Below, piece after piece: positions 38,669 through 46,944 of a stretch of 54,305 nt of DNA (position 1 is its first letter; each line of letters starts with the position of its first letter). The translations under genes were made by a program, and so were the position numbers. Under the pieces are notes generated by a model. That model ran no database searches, was not told the origin of the DNA, and saw only the letters and a program-made list of their open reading frames with translations. The stretch is taken from positions 1-54,305 of the IMG/VR virus record IMGVR_UViG_3300035660_000014, one strand, 5' to 3'. Source of the stretch: a virus (taxonomy: Duplodnaviria; Caudoviricetes).

Positions 38669-39378
38669 GTCTGCCCCTTCATCCGCTCAAGCGACGCCGC
38701 CACGATACGGTGGGCACATTTCTTCTGTTCCCCACCAAGAGTGGAACTGATACTACCCGGTCTGGAGGACCGGTAGATGTAGGTCATGTGGTCCACCCAG
38801 AACACCCGACAACCCGTCTCGGCCACAATGACAGCCAGTTGAAGGTCAACCGCGTAGGGGATCGACACATCGAGACCACGCGACTTCTCATACCAGTGTT
38901 TGGAGAAAAACTGCTGGCAACTGGCCTTCCACCACCCGTCAAGGCAGACAGCTTGCCAGAGAGTCCGACCCGGTGGGAGGTTGTGTGACCAACCTGTGTG
39001 AACATGGTCGTTGTAAAACCGCCACCTGCTCCACGCATAACCTAGGTCAGGGTCTCTCCCAAAGAGGGGCACGACACACTCCAAACTGTGGGGTTCCAAG
39101 AGATCGTCCGAACCCACGAACGTTAGGACGGGTCCTTGTGCATACCTAATCCCCTCCGCGAGTGCGGTAGGTAGACCACGATGAGGTAGTCGCAACATCG
39201 AGACCGGCTTACCCACCATCAGTCGCTCGACAGCGCGGTCCGTACCGTCGGTCGAGCCGTCGTCAACCACGAGCACGTCGAAGTCCCGGTAGGTCTGCTG
39301 AAGAGCTGATTGGATAGCGTCACCGACGTAGGGTGCGGTGTTGTACGCAGGCATCAGGATGGTACAGTGAAGCGGCAA
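38656..39378 (-). CDS. GT2-family glycosyltransferase (start probably TTG at 39378; frame open to 39519)
   Basis: ILMPAYNTAPY..AIQSALQQTY.DF.VLVVDDGSTDGT, GSDD. Confidence 0.88.
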   Translation of the reverse strand: MPLHCTILMPAYNTAPYVGDAIQSALQQTYRDFDVLVVDDGSTDGTDRAVERLMVGKPVSMLRLPHRGLPTALAEGIRYAQGPVLTFVGSDDLLEPHSLECVVPLFGRDPDLGYAWSRWRFYNDHVHTGWSHNLPPGRTLWQAVCLDGWWKASCQQFFSKHWYEKSRGLDVSIPYAVDLQLAVIVAETGCRVFWVDHMTYIYRSSRPGSISSTLGGEQKKCAHRIVAASLERMKGQTCAS

Positions 39379-39522
39379 GGTCTCCCTCTGGTGTGCGGTG
39401 CGAGGACAAGTATGTGGGTGGGCAAACGGAGTGACGTGGGTGTTCGAGGTAGCACATCTCTCTCCTAACCCAACCACGACTACGTTCGAGGTGAGGGTAC
39501 TACGCACCTGTGGCAGCACGGT

Positions 39523-39777
39523 CTACAGCAGTAACGCCGCCAGCGGGGCGATCTGCTTGATCGCCTCGATACCTGCCTTCATGGCGGCGACCGCCTCAGC
39601 CGCCGCGTGCTTGTTGCCGATCTCGACCTCCACAGCCTGGCAGAGCGTCGCCAATTCCTCGTCCGACACCTGCGCGAGCGCCGCCTCGATCTTCGCGACC
39701 AGCGCCTGTTGCGCTGTCGTGTCCATGTGTGCGAACTCGCCGTCCGCCACCGTGCCTTCACCTGGATTCTGACTCAT
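39523..39777 (-). CDS. Small Ala-rich helical protein
   Basis: AGGAGG RBS; 84 aa. Confidence 0.6.
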   Translation of the reverse strand: MSQNPGEGTVADGEFAHMDTTAQQALVAKIEAALAQVSDEELATLCQAVEVEIGNKHAAAEAVAAMKAGIEAIKQIAPLAALLL

Positions 39778-39837
39778 CGCATGCCTCCTGTTTGGGTTCT
39801 TGGATAGGGTTTCAATTCAACAGCTCAAACGGTCCGG

Positions 39838-40335
39838 CTACGGACTTGCCGCAGGAGGCTTCTCGGGATAGAACGTCCGCACCAGGTTGACGACCTCCCG
39901 GGTGATCGCTGGTATCGCCTCGGTCGTCATGCCCGCTCCCATCCACTCCGACACCTTGCCTTTCAGCACCAGGACCTTCGCCAGTTCCGCGTCATTCTTG
40001 TCCTGGGCCTCTTGCATTTTCTTGATGACACCGACCGTGTCGGCCTTCACCTTGTCCCGGTGTGCGATCAGGCTCTTGACCTCGATCTCCATCCTCTCGG
40101 GTGTCAGGTTCAGGGTCTTCAGTTTGTCGATGACCTTCTGCGTAGTGTAGTCGGCGTCAGCCTCGCGTGCCATCGTGTAGATTTTGGCCCACCCGTCCTG
40201 AATCTCATGGTTGTTGACGGCATAGGTCTTGATACCCATCCCGATCCACGCGTCGGACTGCCGCACCGCCAGGGGCTCCAGACACCCCACCACAAACAAC
40301 GTGAGGAACGCCAACACAACCACAGTTTTCCTCAT
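39838..40335 (-). CDS. Putative lipoprotein (possibly spanin-like)
   Basis: MRKTVVVLAFLTLFVVGC signal peptide with a lipobox-like Cys, then coiled coil; follows a holin-like gene. Confidence 0.6.
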   Translation of the reverse strand: MRKTVVVLAFLTLFVVGCLEPLAVRQSDAWIGMGIKTYAVNNHEIQDGWAKIYTMAREADADYTTQKVIDKLKTLNLTPERMEIEVKSLIAHRDKVKADTVGVIKKMQEAQDKNDAELAKVLVLKGKVSEWMGAGMTTEAIPAITREVVNLVRTFYPEKPPAASP

Positions 40336-40382
40336 GGTACACCTACCTTTCTTTTCCTCTCCTTGTTCCTTCCACACCTAGT

Positions 40383-40661
40383 TTAGGTGAACGACTTGAT
40401 CGCAGCGGGAATCACGGTCTTCGCTGCCACGTTGTACGTTGCGATCGCTGCCGCACCAATGAAGAGCCCGATCCTGACGTCGTCCAGGGTTACAGGGAGG
40501 GTGCTCCAGATCACGTCCCGAACGACAACCGACAGGACGCCAAGGGCAAGAGACGCGAGGGGAAGTATCCCGGTGTGGTCCTTAACCCACTGGATCAGCT
40601 TCGTGGCTTGAAGCACCACCACAACTAGGGCGGTCAACCCTGCATCACTCCAATCGAACAT
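40383..40661 (-). CDS. Putative holin
   Basis: 92 aa with three hydrophobic segments; AAGGAG RBS. Confidence 0.55.
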   Translation of the reverse strand: MFDWSDAGLTALVVVVLQATKLIQWVKDHTGILPLASLALGVLSVVVRDVIWSTLPVTLDDVRIGLFIGAAAIATYNVAAKTVIPAAIKSFT

Positions 40662-40672
40662 GTTCTCTCTCC

Positions 40673-41032
40673 TTACGAGTTTCCTGGTTCACCACCGGAA
40701 GGGGGTGCACTCAACTTCACACTCCCACCGGAGGTGTTGAGTTTTTTGATTGTCCCATCGAGGCTGTCCACAGATTTGGTCAACGACTTGATCTCGGCAA
40801 CCAGGGATGCCTGCTCGACCTTCAGTTGCACAACATAGGCGTTCGCCTCGTCCACACCCCGTTGCATGAGAAGGTAACTACCCACAATACCCGAGACGGC
40901 GACAAGGGAGAGGGTGATGACTACACTCCAGGGGACCTTGGTGTTCAACTTGTCGTACAACCTACCGATCGTCTCGTCCAGTGTTCTGTGTGTCCCCACA
41001 CATTCCTCTCTGGTGACAGGTGGTGAACCCAC
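40673..41032 (-). CDS. Single-TM coiled-coil protein (lysis-associated type)
   Basis: VTREEC N-terminus; TM segment WSVVITLSLVAVSGIVGSYL; heptad C-terminus. Confidence 0.55.
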   Translation of the reverse strand: MGSPPVTREECVGTHRTLDETIGRLYDKLNTKVPWSVVITLSLVAVSGIVGSYLLMQRGVDEANAYVVQLKVEQASLVAEIKSLTKSVDSLDGTIKKLNTSGGSVKLSAPPSGGEPGNS

Positions 41033-41044
41033 GTCTATGTCCCC

Positions 41045-42271
41045 TTACGGTTGTACCACGGTCTCACACTCGTCTTCACAACCACCGAGTTCGCAACCGG
41101 ACTGGCAGGTTACTTGGCAGGTTGCTTGGCAAGTATTCTCACACACCACCTCACAACCACCGAGCTGACAATAGGCCTGACAAGCCACCTGACAACCACC
41201 GAGCTGACAGGCTGTCTGGCAGATGTTCTCACACTCGATCTCACAACCACTGAGCTGACAGAAACCTTGGCATATGGTCTCACACACCTCCTGACAACCA
41301 CCGAGTTCGCAACCTGCTTGGCACTCGGCTTCACAAGCAACCTCGCAACTGGACTGGCAGGTTACTTGGCAGGTTGCTTCGCAGAAATTCTCACACTTGG
41401 TCTCGCATCCACCGAGTTCGCAGGTGTTCTGGCAATGGACCTGACAAGCCACCTCACAACTACTGAGTTGACAGGCTGTCTGGCAAGTATTCTCACACTC
41501 GGTCTCACAACCACCGAGCTGACAGGTGTTCTGGCAGGTGTTCTCACACAACTCCTCACAACTACTGAGTTCACATTGTGCCTGACAACCACCGAGCTGA
41601 CAGATGTTCTGGCAGGTGGTCTCACACGTTTCTTGACAACCACCAAGTTCGCAACCTGCTTGGCACTCGGCTTCACAAGCAACCTCACAACTGAACTGGC
41701 AGGTGAGTTGGCAGGTTGCTTGGCAATCGGCCTCACACACTACCTCACAACCGAGTTGACAGGTGTTCTGGCAAGTATTCTCACACTCGGTCTCACAACC
41801 ACCGAGCTGACAGGAACCTTGGCATGTGGTCTCACACACCTCCTGACAACTACTGAGTTCACATTGTGCCTGACAACCACCGAGCTGACAGATGTTCTGG
41901 CAGGTATTCTCACACTCGGTCTCGCATCCGCTCTGACAGTGGGCCTGACAAGACACCTCACACTCGGTTTGACAACCCTGGAATTCGCAACCGGACTGAC
42001 AGTGGAGTTGGCAGGTGGCCTCACACGCGACCTCGCACCCGACCTCGCAAGTAACCTCGCACCCGACCTCGCAAGTAACCTCGCACCCGACCTCGCAAGT
42101 AACCTCGCACCCGACCTCGCAAGTAACCTCGCACCCGACCTCGCAACCACCGGTACCTATCCTTAACTGGCGACCACCCAGTGTGGTCTTCCCCATTAAC
42201 CCGATGACCAGACACTGACCCTCCTCACCCACGAGGAAAGGGTCGTCGGGTTTGACACCATGGAGTCCCAC
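41045..42271 (-). CDS. Cys-x3 repeat protein (~40-aa leader plus ~360 aa of C-(E/Q)-x-x)
   Basis: GGCEVGCEVTC...CENTCQNICQLGGC... continues to the C-terminus; same repeat vocabulary as 4303..5886. Confidence 0.8.
   Translation of the reverse strand: MGLHGVKPDDPFLVGEEGQCLVIGLMGKTTLGGRQLRIGTGGCEVGCEVTCEVGCEVTCEVGCEVTCEVGCEVTCEVGCEVACEATCQLHCQSGCEFQGCQTECEVSCQAHCQSGCETECENTCQNICQLGGCQAQCELSSCQEVCETTCQGSCQLGGCETECENTCQNTCQLGCEVVCEADCQATCQLTCQFSCEVACEAECQAGCELGGCQETCETTCQNICQLGGCQAQCELSSCEELCENTCQNTCQLGGCETECENTCQTACQLSSCEVACQVHCQNTCELGGCETKCENFCEATCQVTCQSSCEVACEAECQAGCELGGCQEVCETICQGFCQLSGCEIECENICQTACQLGGCQVACQAYCQLGGCEVVCENTCQATCQVTCQSGCELGGCEDECETVVQP
42030..42146. repeat. Perfect 24-bp tandem repeat (4 full copies plus a 21-bp partial)
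   Basis: Unit ACCTCGCACCCGACCTCGCAAGTA, encoding CEVGCEVT on the minus strand. Confidence 0.95.
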
Positions 42272-42272
42272 G

Positions 42273-42647
42273 CTATGCGGGTCCGTTCAGGTTCACCTGA
42301 GGTCCAGGTCGCACCGTTATCGTGGGTGCGCCCACACCACCCTCAATCCCGACCACGAACGTGTCGGAGAGGACACTTGTGATCCCTCCTATCACTGCCA
42401 CGAACAGAACGTGGTAGACACCAACGGGGTAGTCGGAGATGTCCAGAGGTGCACCCCAGTAACCAACCTGCCCATCCAACTGTGCAAGGACAAGTTGAAC
42501 TAGCAGCGTGAGTCCGCCACCCACTAGGTCCACACTGTAGACCCTCGCGATACACGAGTCGGGGTCCACCCTCTGGCCTGTGGCGTCTACGATGGTGGTA
42601 CAAACGTTGAGGTTGCCAGCGAAACCCACCGAGACCTTTGCTAACAA
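42273..42647 (-). CDS. Hypothetical beta-rich virion-type protein
   Basis: TTG start after AGGAGG; Ig-like pattern GYWGAPLDISDYPVGVYHVLF. Confidence 0.6.
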   Translation of the reverse strand: MLAKVSVGFAGNLNVCTTIVDATGQRVDPDSCIARVYSVDLVGGGLTLLVQLVLAQLDGQVGYWGAPLDISDYPVGVYHVLFVAVIGGITSVLSDTFVVGIEGGVGAPTITVRPGPQVNLNGPA

Positions 42648-42732
42648 GGCTGTGCCTCCTACCTAACCAACAAGTCCACCGTACCAGTGGGAGACCACTT
42701 GGGTACGGGTTCCACACCACTCCTTGTATCGG

Positions 42733-43083
42733 CTACACCAACGGTGAAGCCCAGATGTGGTTCGTGTCTGCGTAGAGCCTCAACAGGGTGACCTCGAGAT
42801 CCCTGTCAGCACCACCCGCTTGTCCCCTCACCCGCAAGAGGTTCCCACTCGTGGTATTCTTGACCACTATGTCCGCACCGGCACCGGCGGGACCCACTGT
42901 GAAAGACACACCAACGGTCGTCCAGGCAGCCCCGTCGAGAGACTCCTGGATGATAAGCGTCAGGGTGTTAGGTGTGAGGTTCCTGAACACGAACGTCCGC
43001 TGGAGAGAGTTGGTCTCCCTATCCTGGAGGATGGTCGCTTGTGCAGCGGGGACGTCGAGAATGTCGTTCACCAGGTCGATCAT
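42733..43083 (-). CDS. Small beta-sandwich virion-type protein (paralogue of 29038..29418)
   Basis: RNLTPNTLTLIIQESLDGAAW...LLRVRG. Confidence 0.6.
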   Translation of the reverse strand: MIDLVNDILDVPAAQATILQDRETNSLQRTFVFRNLTPNTLTLIIQESLDGAAWTTVGVSFTVGPAGAGADIVVKNTTSGNLLRVRGQAGGADRDLEVTLLRLYADTNHIWASPLV

Positions 43084-43232
43084 TGCCCACCCTCCCTCAC
43101 CTCGGTACGAGCCTTACGCAACAAGCCACACCGCCTGCACGTCAACCAGTTGTGTTCACGTGTCTGCCCATGATGGGTGTGACCGCACGCCGGGCACGAG
43201 TCCGGGTGGTGTTTCCTCTTCCACCTACTCAT
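43080..43232 (-). CDS. 50-aa Zn-ribbon protein, absent from the ORF track
   Basis: GGAGG RBS; MSRWKRKHHPDSCPACGHTHHGQTREHNWLTCRRCGLLRKARTEVREGGQ; ATGA overlap with the next gene. Confidence 0.7.
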   Translation of the reverse strand: MSRWKRKHHPDSCPACGHTHHGQTREHNWLTCRRCGLLRKARTEVREGGQ

Positions 43233-43315
43233 ACTACCCTCCCGCTCCTCGCAACGTCAGACCGTAGGACCCCTCTCGCGAGAGGTCCCACAGTGCAACG
43301 TCGCTGTTGATCGTG

Positions 43316-43645
43316 CTACCCAATTAGTGTACACTCACCCAACGGTGAGTGAAAACACAGAAGGTGGTACCGTACCTTTCTGGCGCCGTTGTCGCTGGAC
43401 GCGACCTGGAATTTGCATACCGTTTGCAATTGGTCGATCACCTGATGCAACGTAGTGGGTTGGTCGAGGAGTGACACCAGCGCTCTGTCCCAAATGTCGG
43501 TTACACCTTTCTGGGTCGCGGTGTCCGTCCAACCGACCATTACCACTTGTGTCGCCGACTCAGTCGGCGGACCCGTGCTGAGGTTGACGAGGACGATCGC
43601 AACGATCGCCAATGCCAACCACACTCCCCACAGCAACGCTTTCAT
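43316..43645 (-). CDS. Membrane-anchored hypothetical protein
   Basis: N-terminal TM segment ALLWGVWLALAIVAIVLV; GGAG RBS. Confidence 0.6.
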   Translation of the reverse strand: MKALLWGVWLALAIVAIVLVNLSTGPPTESATQVVMVGWTDTATQKGVTDIWDRALVSLLDQPTTLHQVIDQLQTVCKFQVASSDNGARKVRYHLLCFHSPLGECTLIG

Positions 43646-43717
43646 CGTACTCTCCCTTCTGTATGTTGTGGACGACCACCACGCACTCTCTCCGAGTGCG
43701 CTAGTGCGTCCTAACCC

Positions 43718-45376
43718 TCAATCCACGTCAGCCCACTTCATGCAGGTCTGCAAGAGGTGATTGTAGTCACCACCCATCGCGTCGTCAAGGAACAACTTGA
43801 TCTCCTCCGGTTTGTATCCCGCCTTCCTGAGTGCAACACGCATCTTCCCGAGGAGGGCGAAAGCGTTGCCGTCGGTACCCACGAGTCTCACCCTAGGTCG
43901 TCTGGGGTCGGTTTCAGGGTTGAACGCTCCGGAACCAGTGGGTGTAGGTTCACCCTCCTGTTCTCTTGGTGTCTTCGTGATCACGTCATCACCCACAATG
44001 TCCTTGCCACATGCCGCGCAGTGTGCATCGCCTCCCGGCAGGAAACTCACTTGGTCGGAACCGCAGTAGGGACACTCGAACGCGGGTTCACCTCCTTGCT
44101 CCCTTACCCGATGGAGCAGACCCGACCGTTCGTCCAGCAGTTTGTCCACACCAGCTTCCAAACCCTTATCGAGGGTAGCCTGGACAACTGCGTCACTCAC
44201 ACCACGTCGGGTGAAGGGTGTGCGACCCTCACTCGAGTGGTGGAACTTGTCCTGGTACATGTCACGCATAGCCTTCGTGGGTTCCTTGTGTGGGTCGCCC
44301 ACATCGACGTCGTGCTCGATTTTGAGTATCTCGGCAGCGCGTTCACGGCCCGCACGGATGTCCGCCCTGTCACCATAGTAGTTCTCGTCCTCACACGCGA
44401 GGACGAACGCCACATCGGGAGGGACACCGTTACGGATCGCCCTTAGAGTCTTGGGTATGATGTATCCCAACCCCCGCTCGGGATCCGTGGGTTGCTCACG
44501 AAGTCTGGAACGACCTTCCCGCTGTGTTGCCTTCGCGAGTTGCTGGACCTTCACCGTCGCACCTTTCAGGTTGAGGATCGAGGGATGTGTGGTTCCTCCA
44601 CCCACATACTCCTTCCCGACGAGGAACGAGGAGTGAGCCTTGAACCACCCCATGTCGTCGGGGTCTCTAAGTTTGACCTCCTCGATGGGGATCTCCACAC
44701 GGACGAGGAACTTGTCGGGTGTGTCCTCGTCAAAGGGAACCACGGAAGCCTTCCACGGGAGGGTTACACTGTTCAACACCTCACCCATACTCAACCTCAC
44801 CTTTTCGGCTTCCTCCTGTGTACCGAACGCTGCGGTGAGTCGTTGTTCCTTCGTCACCCACCTGAACTGTGCGGGGTCGACCGGAGGACGGCGAGAGGGG
44901 AGGTACACGTCGCCTCCTTGTTCACCTACTGTGTGGGGTTCCTCCTCAGGAGGGACCTCTCCTGTTGAGGGTTCGCCCACCGAATGGGGTTCCTCAGGTG
45001 GCGGTTCGGGTAGAGGTTCCTCAGCGGGAGGGAGTTCGACCGGAGGGGTCAAACTCACCTTCGGGAGGTTCGTGGTCAACTCCTTCACCAGGTCGAAGAT
45101 CGCCTGCCCGGTAACCTCACTAGGTGTCCCATCACCGAGTCTCCCAGCCAACGCTTGCTGCCACACCGAGTCCTCCACGTTGGCTACCACACTGGGGTCG
45201 AGCTGGACACCCAGTTCGCCGATCGCGGTGCCCACTCTTTGGAGGACCCAGTCGTGGACTAGACCCTCGGTGACACCCTTTCCCTTCGGGCGACCCTCGA
45301 TGGGTTCGCCACAGGAGAGGATGCTCTCCAACGCACTTGTCTCGCCTTCACCCAACAGGTCTTTCGGGTTCGGCAT
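43718..45376 (-). CDS. Acidic mosaic multidomain protein (putative polyprotein)
   Basis: Domains separated by LREQ, VDKLLDE, VREQ and PREQ; Zn ribbon CPYC/CAAC; C-terminal module VRLVGTDGNAFALLG...GDYNHLL. Confidence 0.7.
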   Translation of the reverse strand: MPNPKDLLGEGETSALESILSCGEPIEGRPKGKGVTEGLVHDWVLQRVGTAIGELGVQLDPSVVANVEDSVWQQALAGRLGDGTPSEVTGQAIFDLVKELTTNLPKVSLTPPVELPPAEEPLPEPPPEEPHSVGEPSTGEVPPEEEPHTVGEQGGDVYLPSRRPPVDPAQFRWVTKEQRLTAAFGTQEEAEKVRLSMGEVLNSVTLPWKASVVPFDEDTPDKFLVRVEIPIEEVKLRDPDDMGWFKAHSSFLVGKEYVGGGTTHPSILNLKGATVKVQQLAKATQREGRSRLREQPTDPERGLGYIIPKTLRAIRNGVPPDVAFVLACEDENYYGDRADIRAGRERAAEILKIEHDVDVGDPHKEPTKAMRDMYQDKFHHSSEGRTPFTRRGVSDAVVQATLDKGLEAGVDKLLDERSGLLHRVREQGGEPAFECPYCGSDQVSFLPGGDAHCAACGKDIVGDDVITKTPREQEGEPTPTGSGAFNPETDPRRPRVRLVGTDGNAFALLGKMRVALRKAGYKPEEIKLFLDDAMGGDYNHLLQTCMKWADVD

Positions 45377-45638
45377 CTGTCGTTCCTCCTTCGTCCCTCA
45401 GTAGTTCCTCGAGAGTGCCACGGAGGTCATCCAAAGGGAGGGACAACCTTTTGTTGGCCAACTTCGAGGTCGCTTCCGTAACCTCGAATTTTCTGGAGCA
45501 GATGATGCAGGTTGCCTCACCGGGGAGGACCTTATAGGGTCTCCCGCTCTCGTACGCGGGTGTGACGATGATGTTCCCACAGTGGGGACACCTCAGGTCA
45601 CCCAAACACGTCACCTCCGCACTGAGTCCGTTCCTCAC
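45348..45638 (-). CDS. Zn-ribbon protein
   Basis: CPHC and CIIC pairs; overlaps both neighbours. Confidence 0.6.
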   Translation of the reverse strand: MRNGLSAEVTCLGDLRCPHCGNIIVTPAYESGRPYKVLPGEATCIICSRKFEVTEATSKLANKRLSLPLDDLRGTLEELLRDEGGTTDAEPERPVG

Positions 45639-46054
45639 TGACTCTCTCCTATGGTGGAAACAGGTTCGGGTTGCTGCGTGAGGATGGGTGGGTACCCATG
45701 CATGCGTGCGATGTCAACGTACCGCTTGAACCTCCGTGCGGAGTCGAGTTCGCACATGATCTCGTTCCAGATGGCCTTGTAGGCGTAGGTTGAGAACTTG
45801 ACTCTGGTGGGGTCGAACTCACCCGAGACTGCTTTCTTCGCAGCCTTTATCAACCCCACCAGACCGATCTGGACGAGGTCCTCGTAGGCGTACCCGTACT
45901 TCATCCCGAGGGCGACGTACTTCTTCGCAACGCTGTGAGCGAGACCCATGTGGTCGGTGATGAGTTTGAACTCATCGACCCCGGCAACCTCCACTATGTG
46001 GTCCACGATTCCCTCCCATGTGAGTTGTACCCTCTCGTGTGGTCTCACGCGCAC
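45635..46054 (-). CDS. Sigma-70 family region-2-only protein
   Basis: HMGLAHSVAKKY...EDLVQIGLVGLIKAAK...FDPTR.VKFSTYAY..I; ends without a region 4 HTH. Confidence 0.8.
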   Translation of the reverse strand: MRVRPHERVQLTWEGIVDHIVEVAGVDEFKLITDHMGLAHSVAKKYVALGMKYGYAYEDLVQIGLVGLIKAAKKAVSGEFDPTRVKFSTYAYKAIWNEIMCELDSARRFKRYVDIARMHGYPPILTQQPEPVSTIGESQ

Positions 46055-46066
46055 ACCTCATCTTAT

Positions 46067-46095
46067 ATTATATGGTCTCACCCTCAAGGAATCAA
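46067..46095 (-). promoter_or_regulatory. sigma70-type promoter upstream of the sigma-like gene
   Basis: Minus strand reads TTGATT-17 nt-TATAAT (46095-46090, 46072-46067), followed by a GAGGTG RBS. Confidence 0.75.
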
Positions 46096-46113
46096 GAGGG
46101 GTACCAGATTTTC

Positions 46114-46350
46114 CTACTTCCCCATCGCTGCGAGAACCTCATCAAGGAGGCGGTAGACCACCTTGAGTGCACCAAGTGCGACACCGTAGAACGTTCCCGA
46201 GACGCCACGTGACGTAACACGTCCGATCGTGGTCAACTGCTTAACCACCCTCGCAAGCATGGACTGAAACTCCCTCTCGGTCGCCTCGTCAACCTGCTGA
46301 CCGTTACCAAGGATCTTGTCAACCGCTCTCGCGACCTCACCTTTTGCCAC
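46114..46350 (-). CDS. Small protein with N-terminal tag motif
   Basis: AGGAGG RBS; MAKGEVARAVDKILG. Confidence 0.65.
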   Translation of the reverse strand: MAKGEVARAVDKILGNGQQVDEATEREFQSMLARVVKQLTTIGRVTSRGVSGTFYGVALGALKVVYRLLDEVLAAMGK

Positions 46351-46360
46351 GACTCACCTC

Positions 46361-46651
46361 CTACACGGAGTGGATATCCACCATCAGGGAGTCCTGTCCC
46401 GCCATGGCGTGGGTACAGTCGGGGAGGAACTTTATCACGCCGTCCGTCACTGTCAGGTGGCACACCTTCCCGGCACCGTCTATCGGGTACCTCACCACGA
46501 GGGAGGGCGAGAAAGTTGGTCTCTCGAGGTCACAGTTGAAGGTCCACTCGGTAGAGAACTTGTGGTGGAACCCACACGCGGGACAGAAGAATACCCACCC
46601 GGTCAAGGTACCCGCTGCGTCCCGAATCGCTTGGACCTTGGGAGAGGTCAC
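46361..46651 (-). CDS. DUF6527-like Zn-binding protein
   Basis: GTG at 46651 overlaps the upstream TGA; FFCPACGFHH...WTFNCDLERPTFSPSL...CH..VTDG.I.FL.DCTHAMAGQ. Confidence 0.7.
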   Translation of the reverse strand: MTSPKVQAIRDAAGTLTGWVFFCPACGFHHKFSTEWTFNCDLERPTFSPSLVVRYPIDGAGKVCHLTVTDGVIKFLPDCTHAMAGQDSLMVDIHSV

Positions 46652-46944
46652 CTCTGGATGCTCCTGAGTAGGGTCCTCAACCTCTCCAGCACCAAATAAG
46701 TCACACCCAACTCCTCCCACACGGCGTCTCTCACCTTGGGACCCAACTTCTTGTCGTGTAGGTACCCCGAGAGTTCCTTCACCCTCGACTCCACCCAATG
46801 GAGTGAGTCCCTCGCGGAGGTACCGACGTTCTGAACATACTCCTTGTCGACCTTCGGAGACACCATGTCGGGTGAGGGTGGTGGCACACACCCACCCTCT
46901 AGCAACTCGTCCACCAGTTCGGTGATCTTACTCGACCTGGACAT
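46648..46944 (-). CDS. Small protein with N-terminal tag motif
   Basis: MSRSSKITELVDELLEG (ATG at 46944). Confidence 0.6.
   Translation of the reverse strand: MSRSSKITELVDELLEGGCVPPPSPDMVSPKVDKEYVQNVGTSARDSLHWVESRVKELSGYLHDKKLGPKVRDAVWEELGVTYLVLERLRTLLRSIQR

Noticed and set aside
39379-39519. N-terminal extension of the GT2 gene, and an out-of-frame ATG at 39456 with AGGAG
   Set aside because: The extension has no GT-like character, and the alternative short ORF overlaps the GT2 gene with no recognisable features.
42030-42146. Possible CRISPR array
   Set aside because: Repeats are contiguous with no unique spacers and lie in frame within a CDS; no cas genes are present.
41051-42166. 371-aa plus-strand Leu/Thr repeat ORF and other alternative-frame ORFs over the Cys arrays
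   Set aside because: By-products of the repeat DNA; the minus-strand Cys frame fits the operon and recurs in-frame in the baseplate genes.
4303-42271. Diversity-generating retroelement (TR/VR pair) between the Cys arrays
   Set aside because: No reverse transcriptase in the window, and the differences between copies do not appear adenine-specific.
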